NCBI RefSeq assembly: GCF_006345805.1
Contig: NC_043023.1
Span: 13,082,001 to 13,146,000, forward strand
Source of the DNA: Octopus sinensis
Lineage: Eukaryota
Length of the DNA: 64,000 nucleotides
Direction: 5' to 3'
Shown piece after piece: positions 51,960 to 64,000 of this stretch. Numbering within the stretch: position 1 is the first letter of the stretch; every line of letters starts with the position of its first letter. A program made the position numbers and the translations under genes. Below the pieces are notes generated by a model, which saw only the letters and a program-made list of their open reading frames with translations, ran no database searches and was not told where the DNA came from.

Positions 51960-52625
51960 AAGAAGCACTTCGTCAGTTGTGACGACGAGGATCAACGGAA
52001 CAGCTTGCTCATGAAATTAACTTGCAAGTGGCTGAGTACTCCACAGACAAGCATACCTTAACGTGGTTCTCAGGGAGATTCAGCGTGACATAATGTGACA
52101 AGGTTGGCCCTTCGAAATAAAAGTACAACAGAAAGGGTGAGAGAAAGTTGTGGTGAAAGAGTACAGCACGGTTCACCACCATCCCCTGCCGGAGCCTCGT
52201 AGAGCTTTTGGTCTTTTTGCTCAATGAACACACACGACGCCAGGTCTGGGAATCGAAACCGTGATCCTACAACCACGAATCCGCTGCCATAATCTCTGAG
52301 CCATTGCACCTTCACAAGATGAGCACTCCATCAGTTACGATGATGAGGGTCCCAGCTTGTTCATGAAATTAACGTGAAAGTGGCTGAGTACTCCACAGAC
52401 ACGTGTACCGTTGATGTAATTCTCGGGGAGATTCAGCATCACACAGAGTGCGATAAGGCTGGCCCTTTGACATATAAACGCTACTCATTTTTGCTAGCTG
52501 AGTGGACTGGAGCAACGTGAAATAAAGTGTCTTGCTCAAGGACACAACACGTCACCGGGAATTGAACTCACAACCTTACGGTCATGATCCGCATGCCCTA
52601 ACCACTAAGCCACGTGCCTTCATGG
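51960..52625 (-). mobile_element. Two tandem tRNA-derived SINEs
   Basis: Heads on the minus strand near 52310 and 52620. Confidence 0.6.
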
Positions 52626-53590
52626 ATTACATTGGATTTAAAAACAGTAAGTGAAAGTGCTGAGGTTATAGAAATTAGTGGTAACGAGGTCTAGGAAAAC
52701 AGGTAAGTATTTAGAGAAATGTTGAAGCGATTCATCTCTATACAGAATGTTGTAAGAGTTTCAAAGCCTCAATGGATTCTGACCCATGCATATAATAAGA
52801 TTTTGCGATACCACTGAAGTTTAGGTAAACTTTGTCACTCACTCACACACTCTCTCTCTCTCTCTCTCCCCACAAAGATGAAACCCTTTAGTTACCCAAT
52901 TTCGGCCCCAACAATTACAAAGGGAAAATGGATTTGTTTTTGAAATCCATTTTGCAATCTGGGATTAATATATCTGCCGATGCCAGTGCCTCCTTGACTG
53001 GCTTCCGTGCCGGTGTCACGTAAAAAGCACCAATCCTATTGTGGCTGTTGCCAGCCTCGCCTGGCACTTGTGCCGGTGGTACGTAAAAAGTACCCACTAC
53101 ACACACGGAGTGGTTGGCATTAGGAAGGGCATCCAGCTGTAGAAACACTGCCAGATCAGACTGGAGCCTGGTGCAGCTATCTGGTTTATAGACATTAAAT
53201 GGATGACGGTGTTGATGTTGTAAGATTTGCAATGTTGAATTACTATGTCGTTTAACGATTCTCTTTATCTCACTGCTTCTTTTTTTCTATTTCAGAATAT
53301 CACATCATGTTGACGTTAAAGAAATCTTTTCATTTAGACATGCCTCTGATATTTTGATTGACTTTCCTCAATTAAAGGAAGACCATTTATTCATAAGGCA
53401 CATTCATCAATGCATCAACGACAAACGATAAGAAAATATTTCTTCTACGATGGAATTAAGAGCAACATTTTTGTTGTCTTCACTGTTTGGAATGTAGAGA
53501 AGGTGATTGCTTGGTTAATTAAGCTTGGATAAATTTACAAAAGTTTTAACTGTTTACATCTGCCGTTTTAGATGTTAAGTAAGAAAACAG

Positions 53591-55099
53591 ATGAAGAAAC
53601 ACAGTGTTAAATTATTTTCTGAAAATACTGACACAACTGAACACAGATATATTCATAGAAATGAAAAAATCTTTATCATTGTGATACGTATGAGAAATTA
53701 CTATCTTATAATGAATGATTTAAGAAAACCAAACAAACCTGATTCAGGTGAGAGACCATATCACTGTGATGTCTGTGATAAATCATTTACTGAAGAAAGC
53801 GTCTTAACCAAACACAAATGCATTGATACAGGAGAGAAACCATATCACTGTGATATCTGTGGTAAATCATTTACTGAAGAAAGAGTCTTAACCAAACACA
53901 AATGCATTGACACAGGAGAGAAACCATATCACTGTGATGTCTGTGGTAAATCATTCTCTCAAAGAGGTTCCTTGACTATTCATATACGTACACATTCAGG
54001 AGAGAAGCCTTATCGTTGCAATATCTGTGGTAAATCCTTCTCTGAAAATAGTCATTTGACTAATCACACACGTATTCATACTGGGGAAAGACCATATCGC
54101 TGTGATATCTGTGGTGAATCATTTTCTCAAAGGAGTCACTTGACTAAACACGAATATACACACACAGGAGAGAACCCATATTATTGTAATATCTGTGGTA
54201 AATCATTTTGTTATAAAAGCACTTTAATTTCTCACAGACGTACACATACAGGAGAGAAACCATATCATTGTGATATCTGTGGTAAGTCATTTTCTAAAAA
54301 CAGTCACCTGACTAGGCACAAACGCGTTCATACTGGGGAAAAACCATATCCATGTGATATGTGTGGTAAATCATTTTCTCATAGTACCACTTTAACTAAT
54401 CACAAACGTATTCATACAGGAGAACAGCCTTATCATTGTGAAATCTGTGGTAAATGTTTCTCTCAAAGTAGTGATTTGATTCGTCACAAACGTACACATA
54501 CAGGAGAGAAACCATATCATTGTGATATCTGTGGTAAGTCATTTTCTAAAGACAATCATCTGACTATGCACAAACGTACACATACAGGAGAGAAACCATA
54601 TCATTGTGATATCTGTGGTAAGTCATTTTCTAAAAACAGTAATCTGACTATGCACAGACGTACACATACAGGAGAGAAACCATATCATTGTGATATCTGT
54701 GGTAAGTCATTTTCTGAAAACAGTCACCTGACTAGGCACAAACGCATTCATACTGGGGAAAAACCATATCCATGTGATATCTGTGGTGAATCATTTTCTC
54801 ATCGTACCACTTTAACTAGTCACAAAAGTATTCATACAGGAGAAAAGCCTCATCATTGTGAAATCTGTGGTAAATGTTTCTCTCACAGTAGTGATTTGAT
54901 TCGTCACAAACGTACACATACAGGAGAGAAACCATATCACTGTGATATTTGTGGTAAATCGTTTTCTCATAATACCACTTTGACTAGGCACAGACGGATT
55001 CATACAGGAGAGGAACCATATCATTGTGATGTCTGTGGTAAATCTTTCTCTCAAAAAGGCCACTTAAGTACACATGTGAGTATTCATACACAGGCGTAA
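53591..55099 (+). CDS. C2H2 protein B7, 502 aa, about 16 fingers
   Basis: Intact ORF; acceptor at 53296. Confidence 0.92.
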   Translation: MKKHSVKLFSENTDTTEHRYIHRNEKIFIIVIRMRNYYLIMNDLRKPNKPDSGERPYHCDVCDKSFTEESVLTKHKCIDTGEKPYHCDICGKSFTEERVLTKHKCIDTGEKPYHCDVCGKSFSQRGSLTIHIRTHSGEKPYRCNICGKSFSENSHLTNHTRIHTGERPYRCDICGESFSQRSHLTKHEYTHTGENPYYCNICGKSFCYKSTLISHRRTHTGEKPYHCDICGKSFSKNSHLTRHKRVHTGEKPYPCDMCGKSFSHSTTLTNHKRIHTGEQPYHCEICGKCFSQSSDLIRHKRTHTGEKPYHCDICGKSFSKDNHLTMHKRTHTGEKPYHCDICGKSFSKNSNLTMHRRTHTGEKPYHCDICGKSFSENSHLTRHKRIHTGEKPYPCDICGESFSHRTTLTSHKSIHTGEKPHHCEICGKCFSHSSDLIRHKRTHTGEKPYHCDICGKSFSHNTTLTRHRRIHTGEEPYHCDVCGKSFSQKGHLSTHVSIHTQA

Positions 55100-57669
55100 A
55101 AATATCAATATCAAAATTTATTACACCGGGACAACAATTATGAATATTTTGTCTGCTAAAAGACAGGGTTTATTCCTCTTCAAGCTTGATGTCATCCACT
55201 TCAGCTCCATCGCTGTCAATATGAAATTCATGAAGATGAACCTCAATATCATGTATGTGTCTAAATATATTAAAACAGTGATGATTTGTGAAGAAGATGG
55301 TGCTGGATTTTTGAGGAATTTCTTACGAGAGAATACAGGAAAGGGGAAAATGAATACAAGCTTTAAGAGACATTAAGTTTGTCTGTGTTTTCATCATCAC
55401 CATCCTCATCCTCATCCACTCTGAAAGTGGTGACTTGACTAAAGACAAAGCTACACATACAGGAGAGAAGCCATATCATTGTAATATCTGTGGTGAGTCC
55501 TTCTTTGAAAAACGGCCTCTTAAGTACACGTGTGAGTATTCATCCACAAGTGTAACCGTATCAGTATTAAAATTTATTACACCATGACAACAATTATGAA
55601 TATTTTGTCTGCTAAAAGACAGGGTTTATTCCTCTTCAAGCTTGACATTATCAACTTCAGTTTCTTGGATGTCAACATGAAATTCATGAATCTCAACTTC
55701 AATATCATTTATATATCTAAATATATCAACACAGAGATGACTTTGGTTTCTGAAGAGGATTGTGCTGGATTTTTGAGGAATTTGTTTTGAGAGAATAAAG
55801 GAATGGGAATAAGGAATAAAAGTTTTAAGTGACATTGATTTTGTCTTTGTTGTGTTTTCATCATCATCATCTAACATCCATTTTTAGCATCCGTCTTCTA
55901 TCCAGACTTGGATGGGAAAGTGTGACATGAGCTGGCAAGCCAGAGTGCTGCTCCACGTTCCTGTCAGATTGGGCTTGGTTTCTTTGGCTCTATGCCATTA
56001 ACCCTTTCAATACCAACCCAGCTGAAACTGGCTCTGTAGTACAAATGTCTTGTTTTCATAAGTTCTGAATTAGAATCTTCCACCAAACCTTAGCCACAAT
56101 TTATGTTCCTAACACTAACTTCATGATAATGAAGTTATTTTACTAAATTCTTTGTTAAATTTAAAATTAATTGAAAGAAACACAGAGCATCTCAAAATAT
56201 ATACAGTAACAAAAGGGTTAAAATATATAATAGAGAAACAATTCTTAACCCTTTTGATACCAACCTACCTGAAACCACCTCTGGCTCTTTAATATAAATG
56301 TCTTGTTTTCATAAATTTTGAATTAAAATCTTCCACCAAACCTTAGTCACAATTTATGTTCCTAACACTAGCTTAATGATAATGAAGTTATTTTTCTAAA
56401 TTCTTTAAAATTAATTGAAGGAAACAGAGAACATCTCAAAATAAATACGGTAATGAAAGGGTTAAGATACATGGCGCATTTTATCAATATTCCTGTTCAA
56501 GAATCATAACAGTATGAAACAAGTAGTAGCGCTTTCAGTTGTGTATTTAATTTGATATATGTATTTGTGTGAACATGATATCAGTCTGACAACTAAAATA
56601 ATAGAAATCTTGTATTTTGAGTATTTTTTTTATATGAGGCAGAAGCATGGACTCCCTTCTACGAAGAAAGAGAAAAACTGAAATTTTTTCGCATGTGGTG
56701 TTTGCAACACAACATATGCAGCAAAATGGCAAGATAAGACATTAAATGTAAAAATTTTAGTAAAATGTGATATGTCCAGTATCCAAGGCATACGGATGAG
56801 AATTCAGTGCAAATGGGTGCAGGAGATGTTTTCCAAAGACGAAATGATCGCATTCCAAATATTCTTCTGTAAGGCCAACAAGTGGCAGAGGAAGACATTT
56901 CCTTACATATACGGATAAGTTTAAGCAATAAATAAAATATCTACAGCTTGATGTGATATCCTGGGAAAGCCATTGCCTAGAACCATCTGTATGGTGTAAA
57001 ATGTGTCAGGATGCCATGTGAAGAATTTGAGTTGATGAAAAAGAAGAATAGCAGACCTATATCCTCCAACCAACAGACACATTCGCCCAATCCTTTGCAC
57101 AATCAAAGTCATCAATGTCCCCATTGTGACTTCATAGCAAAATCCATTTCTGGACTCAAATTACATTCACACATCCATTGCAAATAGATGCAGGTCTTCT
57201 AGTGGTTAGAGCAGTAGACTCATGGTCGCAGGTTCGAATCTCAGACAGGGCGATGTGTGTGTTTATGAGTGAAACACCTAAGCTCCGGCAGAGGGTAATG
57301 GCGAACTTCTGCTGACTCTTTTGCCACAACTTTCTCTCACTCTTTCCTCCTGCATCTTGCAGCTCACCGGCGTCCCGTCCAGGTGGGGAACCTATATGCC
57401 AAGGAAACCGGGAAACTGGCCCCTATGAGCCAGGCATAGCTCGAGAAGGAACATACATACGGCTCTTCTAAGTGTTTTGTCTTTTTCTTTCTATTACTCT
57501 CCTAAGTCTTCTCCTTCAAATAGAAACATTGAAACCATCTTGAGTGACTGCCATACACACACACACACATATATAATGATGACACAGATGGGCTGAGGTC
57601 CATTATTGTTGCTTCAGATATGTGTGGGACATTGCCACATATGTACACATACAGGAGAAAAGCCATATC

Positions 57670-58390
57670 TCTTTTACTTGTTTCAGTCATTTGACTGTTG
57701 CCATCCTGGGGCACCACCTTTAATCGAGCAACTCAACCCGGGACTTGTTCTTTGTAAGCCTAGTACTCATTCTATCGGTCTGTTTTGCCAAACCACCATG
57801 TTACGGGGACATACCAGCATCGGTTGTCAAGCAATGCTAGGGCGACAAACACAGACACACAAACATATATACGACGGGCTTCTTTCAGTTTCTGTCTACC
57901 AAATCCACTGACAAGGCTTTGGTCAGCCCGAGGCTATAGTAGAATACGCCTGCTCAAGGTGCCACGCAGTGGGACTGAACCCGTAACCATGTTGTTGGTA
58001 AACAAGCTACTTGCCACACAGCCATTCTTGCACCTATCATTGCAACACCTGTGGTAAATCAATCTCTCGAAATGGTGACAGACGCCTTATAGACAGGAAT
58101 TTCACTGCAATCTAGCGAGTGAGGAAAGAAGGGAATTCTGATTAGTCATGAGGGAGGGCTGAGAATTCAGATGGCCATTTGTGTTCACCCCAAACGTGTG
58201 GAGTTGATGAGAGCAGAATATACAACAGGCACAGGAGTGGCTGTGTGGTAAGTAGCTTCCTTGCCAACCACATGGTTCCGGGTTCAATCCCACTGTTTGG
58301 CACCTTGGGCAAGTGTCTTCTAATATAGCCTCGGGCCAACCAAAGCCTTGTGAGTGGATTTGGTAGACGGAAACTGAAAGAAGCCTATCG

Positions 58391-58430
<40 letters not shown>

Positions 58431-58810
58431 CGCAGGAGTGGCTGTGTGGCAATTAGCTTGTTTACTAACCACATGGTTCCGGGTTCAGTCCCACTGTTTG
58501 GCACCATGGGCAAGTGTCTTCTACTATAGCCTCGGGCTGACCAAAGCCTTAGGAGTGGATTTGGTAGACGGAAACTGAAAGAAACCCGTCATTTATATGT
58601 ATATATGCATGTGTGTGTTTGTACCCCTAGCATTGCTTGACAACTGATGCTGGTGTGTTTGTGTTCCCGTTACTTAGCGGTTCGGCAAAAGGAGACCAAT
58701 AGAATAATTACTGGGCTTACAAAAAGAATAAGTCCCGGGGTTGAGTTGCTCAACTAAAGGCGGTGCTCCAGCATGGCCGCGGTGAAATGACTGAAACAAG
58801 TAAAAGAGTA
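57670..58810. mobile_element. SINE family 1 copies (- at 57670-58035; + at 58226-58810 with duplicated head)
   Basis: Match to family 1. Confidence 0.7.
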
Positions 58811-58842
58811 ACACTTTTTTTCCTGGTTAATTTTACATATAT

Positions 58843-59600
58843 ATTTCTTTACTGCCCACAAGGGGCTAAACATACAGGGAACAAAGGGATTAAGTCGATT
58901 ACATTGACCCCAGTGCGAAACTGGTACTTTATTTGTTGATCCCCAAGGATGAAAGGTAAAGTTGACCTCGGCGGAATTTGAACTCAGAACGTAATGACAG
59001 ACGAAATACCTATTTCTTTACTACCCTCCAGGGGCTAAACACAGAGGGAACAAACAAGGACAGATATAGGTATTGAGTCGATTACATCGACCCCAGTGTG
59101 AAACTGGTACTTAATTTATCGACCCTGAAAGGATGAAAGTCAAAGTCTACCTCGGCGTAATTTGAACTCAGAACGTAACGACAGACGAAATACCGCTAAG
59201 CATTTCGCCAGGTGCGCTAATATGTCTGCCAGCTTGCCGCTTTTTTTAATTTTACGTATAGCTTAAGGTCCATACTCAGTGGTTAGAGTGTCGAGGTTAC
59301 GATCATGAGGTTGTGAGTTCAAATCCCGGACCGGGCTGCATGTTGTGTTCTTGAGCAAGACACTTTATTTCACTTTGCTCCAGTTCACTCAGCTGTAGAA
59401 ATGAGTTGCAACACCACAGGTGCCAAGCTGTATCGGCCCCTTTGCCTTTCCCTTGGATAACACTGGTGGCGTGGAGAGGAGAGGCCAGTATGCATGGGCG
59501 ACTGCTGGTCTTACATAAACAACCTTGTCCAGACTTGTGCCTGGGAGGGTAACTTTCTGGGTGCAATCCCATGGTCTGTTTCGTGACCGAAGGGGGTCTC
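58843..59600. mobile_element. SINE family 2 tandem (-, 58843-59240) and another tRNA-derived SINE (+, 59275-59600)
   Basis: Family motifs; head CAGTGGTTAGAG...GAGTTCAAATCCC. Confidence 0.65.
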
Positions 59601-60011
59601 AAGGTCCACAACATGGTGGGAGATAAAAAGGGTGGGTCATGATGAGTACTCCAGGTAATGTCTCAGTGGATAGAATGCCACATCACATGTGGGATATTCA
59701 AAGTGTAATTAGCTTTAATGATAACAAAGGGGGATGGCATGACACTGTTCACCTCCAAGACATTTGTACATTACTGCATATACTTTATACGTACTTTTGA
59801 CAAATTGTGGGGCACCTGAGCAACTGTATACAATAATTTCATCATCATATATAATTTTTTCCCCAAAATTTAAAGGTAAGAATCCCTAGTGCGTACAATA
59901 TACAAGGTTAAAAATGAAAAATATCTTCTAAGCAATATCCGAGTCTCTATTTGCTATCTGGCAATGTTTATTCAGACGCATTTTGTGATGTCAGGCATGA
60001 AAATACCTTAA

Positions 60012-61061
60012 CCCTTTCGTTACTATATTTCTGACCAAATTACACCCCTTATGTGTTTCAATTAATTTCTAACGTAATCATAAATTTAGTCTGGTTTCAT
60101 TAAACAACTATAACTTTTTTAGTTATCGATATATTAATCTGATTTTTGGAAGATAATTTAATGAAATATTCTCAACCAATTCTATACTATAATTTTTGTC
60201 ACAAAGTGACTCTAATTGCAGGTAGATACAGGTAAATTCAACAAAATATAAAATTATTAAAATTTGTTCAAACAAACATCGCTATAGAAAATGGGTTATT
60301 AGCTAGTATTCAATTGGGTATACAAGAAAATTTTACGATAGAATTTGTTATTCTGGGTAACTTTCTGATACCCATAATAATATTTATGGCAAAATAGTCT
60401 TAATTTCATTTAAGGTTGTGGGAAACCACAAACTATCCTTTCTTTCGCTTTGTTTACGTTTAGCGTAATGGTTCGTTTCCGCCGTAATGATTTCAAATAG
60501 GCTCATTCGAAAAAGTAAAAAGAAATAGTCTAAGGCTTTACTCTTCTTGGAAAGTCTGTGGCTTGGTCCAGTTACTTCAGAAAAATCACCGAAAGAAACA
60601 GTTTTTCAATTTTCACTCCATTCAGGTGCCAATTCATTTTCTTTATCGCTGTCGGAGATCTCGGATTCATTGTTTTCACTTTTGGAAAATGAAACATCAG
60701 ATTCATTATCAAATACCATGGGCTTTTTTTTTTCAGTCATAGAGTTAGACTTATGAAGGTCTTCAGTAGAAAATCCTTCGAATTCTGACTCGCTGCTTGA
60801 TATAATGAAATTTGTATCCATTTTTTGTCAGAATTACAAATTTTGAAAACACAATAGGAACAAATTTCGGAAAAAAATCTCCCAAAATTCACGGAATTAA
60901 AATTACACTTCGATTATTGTACAAAACTGTGTTTTCACGAATGTACTAAAGAGATTTGCTCTGATATTCTCATTTAAATATGAATAGGTAAATTTGGGCG
61001 GTTTGGTCACATTAACCAAAATTTTTTTCGGGCGGCTTTGGGCGGCTTGGTAACGAAAGGG
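60012..61061 (-). mobile_element. Internally deleted piggyBac-like DNA transposon
   Basis: TIR CCCTTTCGTTAC/GTAACGAAAGGG; TTAA TSDs at 60008 and 61062; empty site at ~42247; acidic Ser-rich ORF 60606-60821 like a piggyBac transposase N-terminus. Confidence 0.85.
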
Positions 61062-61623
61062 TTAAGCTAAGCCTGAAAGCAATGAAGTCATAAAAGAATC
61101 ATCCATAACTTGCAGTAAGCAACATTTATTAAAATAAAAACTATTCAGAACACAGAATAACAAGTAAAAAACAAACAATTTGCAAACATATTTACATTCC
61201 CATATAACAGTTAAGAACATCACCATTGTTGCATTACGCATGCATGGAAGTGTTTGTTCGACTGGGTGCTACTGGCTTCATTATGCATGGATTGTGCTTA
61301 ATAGTTTAGCGCTAATAGTTCATCCTGCTGAATTTTTGGAAAGCATTCACTTTTCATTTAAAAACATGTCCTACCCATCTTCACTGAATTCTCATCAACA
61401 TGCTTTGAATACTGGACATATCACATTTTTCTAAGACTTTTACATTTGATGTCTTATTTTGCCATTTGGTTGCATATGCTATAGTGCAAACACCACATTT
61501 GAAAGGTTTGGAGATTTTCTATTTCCCTATCGAAGTGAGTCCCTGCTTCTGCCCCAGACATAAACACACTCAAAATACGAGACTTGTATACACTTATTCT
61601 AGCTATCAGACTGACATCCTGTC

Positions 61624-61670
<47 letters not shown>

Positions 61671-62299
61671 CAAATTACAAAATAAGTAAATGGAGGAACA
61701 GATTCATTTCAATCATCAACTTCCAGATAATACCAATTCATATAATTTATTAACTAATTATTTAGGAACATCCAGATCAAACAGAACAAAACAGTACACA
61801 TCAATGAGTAAAATAATACCATAAGAAAAAATACATATAAATAAATATAAAATATATGTTCTTATGGTATTATATTACTCATTGATGTGTACTGTTTTGT
61901 TCTGTTTGATCTGGATGTTCCTAAATAATTAGTTAATAAATTATATGAATTGGTATTATCTGGAAGTTGATGTTTGAAAGGAATCTATTCCTCCATTTTC
62001 TTATTTTGTATTATGAATTTCAGGTAAAATATTTTACCTTCGCCCATATAATACAATAAATGAATTGCATTGCAATTCATTTATGTATTAGCCTTTCTGG
62101 GTACTTTACTGGCAGTATATTGGATAAATGATATCCCATAGTGGGTTACACTCATAACCCCCATCTCACTTTATATATCAAATTAAATACACAACTGAAA
62201 GCGCTACGACTTGTTTCATGCTGTTACGATACTTGAACAGGAATATTTATAAAATGCGCCATGTATCTTAAGAGCATATAACCAAAGAAACCAAGTCAA

Positions 62300-62515
62300 A
62301 CCCACATTTGACTGATATTTGTCCTCATCGTGTTGTTCACACAACGTTTCAGCTGATATATTCTCCAGCCTTCATCAGGTGTATTGGGGAAGTTTTAAAA
62401 CCTGGGTTCTCACTCCTAAGGTATTTCCCCAAGACACCTGATGAAGGCTGGAGAGTATATCAGTTGAAATACTGTGTTAACAACAAGATGAGGACGAATA
62501 TCAGTCTAAAGTAAA
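62300..62515. repeat. Fold-back repeat with hammerhead-like motif (intact arm on - strand 62339-62382); paralog of 40810-41020
   Basis: Direct comparison. Confidence 0.7.
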
Positions 62516-63216
62516 TAATTCCTAATCTCTCAAATATAGAACTACACAATCCAGGTCTGACTGGTCCCTGGAGAAGCACTCTGACTTGCCAGCACCTGTC
62601 ACACTTTCCCATCTATGCCTGCATAGAAAATGGATGGTAAAGGATGATGAAGATGATGATGATGAAATCACAACAAAGACAAATTCAATGTCACTCAAAA
62701 CTTTTATTCCTTATTCCCATTCCTTTATTCTCTCAAAACAAATTCCTCAAAAATCCAGCACAATCCTCTCCAGAAATCAAAGTCATCTCTGTGTTGATAT
62801 ATTTAGATATATAAATGATATTGAAGTTGAGATTCATGAATTTCATGTTGACATCCAAGAAACTGAAGTTGATAATGTCAAGCTTGAAGAGGAATAAACC
62901 CTGTCTTTTAGCAGACAAAATATTCATAATTGTTGTCATGGTGTAATAAATTTTAATACTGATACGGTTACACTTGTGGATGAATACTCACACATGTACT
63001 TAAGAGGCCGTTTTTCAAAGAAGGACTCACCACAGATATTACAATGATATGGCTTCTCTCCTGTATGTGTAGCTTTGTGTTTAGTCAAGTCACCACTTGA
63101 CAGCGATGGAGCTGAAGTGGATGACATCAAGCTTGAAGAGGAATAAACCCTGTCTTTTAGCAGACAAAATATTCATAATTGTTGTCATGGTGTAATAAAT
63201 TTTGATATTGATATTT

Positions 63217-64000
63217 TTACGCCTGTGTATGAATACTCACATGTCTACTTAAGTGGCTTTTTTGAGAGAAAGATTTACCACAGACATCACAATGATATGG
63301 TTTCTCTCCTGTATGAATCCGTCTGTGCCTAGTCAAATTGGTATTATGAGAAAACGATTTACCACAGATATCACATGGATATGGTTTTTCACCAGTATGA
63401 AAACGGTTGTGACTAGTCAGTTGAATCTTTTCAGAAAATGATTTACCACAGATTTCACAATGATAAGGCTTCTCTCCTGTATGAATAAATTTGTGACGAG
63501 TCAACTGACTATTTGTAGAGAATGATTTACCACAGATATTGCAATGAAATGGCTTCTCCCCTGTATGTGTATGTATGTGACTAGTCAAGGAACCACTTCG
63601 AGAGAATGATTTACCACAGATATTGCAATGATATGGTTTCTCTCCTGTATGAATACGTCTGTGACAAATCAAAGTGGTAGAAAGAGAGAATGACATGCCA
63701 CAGACATTACAACGATATGGTTTCTCTCCTGTATGAACACGTTTGTGACGAATCAACTCACGATATTGAGAGAAACATTTACCACAGATTTCACAATGAT
63801 AAGGCTTCTCTCCTGTATGAATACGTTTGTGATTAGTTAAAGTGCTACTATGAGAAAATGATTTACCACAGATATCACACTGATATGGATTTTCCCCTGT
63901 ATGAGTACGCTTGTGCCTAGTCACGTGGACACTTTCGGAAAATGATTTACCACAGATGTCACAATGATATGGTTTTTCTCCCGTATGTGTACGTTTGTGT
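63217..64000 (-). CDS. C2H2 protein B8, 3' part (5' end beyond the window)
   Basis: Open finger array ending HVSIHTQA; finger order matches the middle of B5. Confidence 0.88.
   Translation of the reverse strand, partial: HKRTHTGEKPYHCDICGKSFSESVHVTRHKRTHTGENPYQCDICGKSFSHSSTLTNHKRIHTGEKPYHCEICGKCFSQYRELIRHKRVHTGEKPYRCNVCGMSFSLSTTLICHRRIHTGEKPYHCNICGKSFSRSGSLTSHIHTHTGEKPFHCNICGKSFSTNSQLTRHKFIHTGEKPYHCEICGKSFSEKIQLTSHNRFHTGEKPYPCDICGKSFSHNTNLTRHRRIHTGEKPYHCDVCGKSFSQKSHLSRHVSIHTQA

Overview
AT-rich, repeat-dense eukaryotic DNA. It is most likely an octopus (coleoid cephalopod) C2H2 zinc-finger gene cluster; the organism is inferred from the CDICGKSFS...HTGEKP array style and the tRNA-derived SINE repertoire. 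The window holds ten tandem-C2H2 genes or pseudogenes, each with a single coding exon and no recognisable effector domain, in two subfamilies: A (MEGKLCNN..., 2 copies) and B ([11 protein letters not shown]..., 8 copies). The right half is an alternating head-to-head/tail-to-tail array of inverted duplications, including a ~25 kb imperfect palindrome centred near 50.5 kb. Interspersed are a complete but mutated 4.2 kb Ty3/Gypsy LTR element, Helitron, piggyBac and mariner derivatives, CR1 and RTE LINE fragments, many SINEs, microsatellites and several fold-back (Penelope-like) repeats. Most notable observations: (1) the Gypsy element has no TGG-type PBS; instead it carries a perfect 12-nt complement of the 5' end of tRNA-Phe, plus a 6-7 bp TSD. 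(2) Hammerhead-ribozyme folds lie in a ZNF intron and just downstream of two ZNF genes. (3) Three B-type ZNF exons have no recognisable first exon of their own and could be alternative last exons. Repeat boundaries are approximate unless stated.
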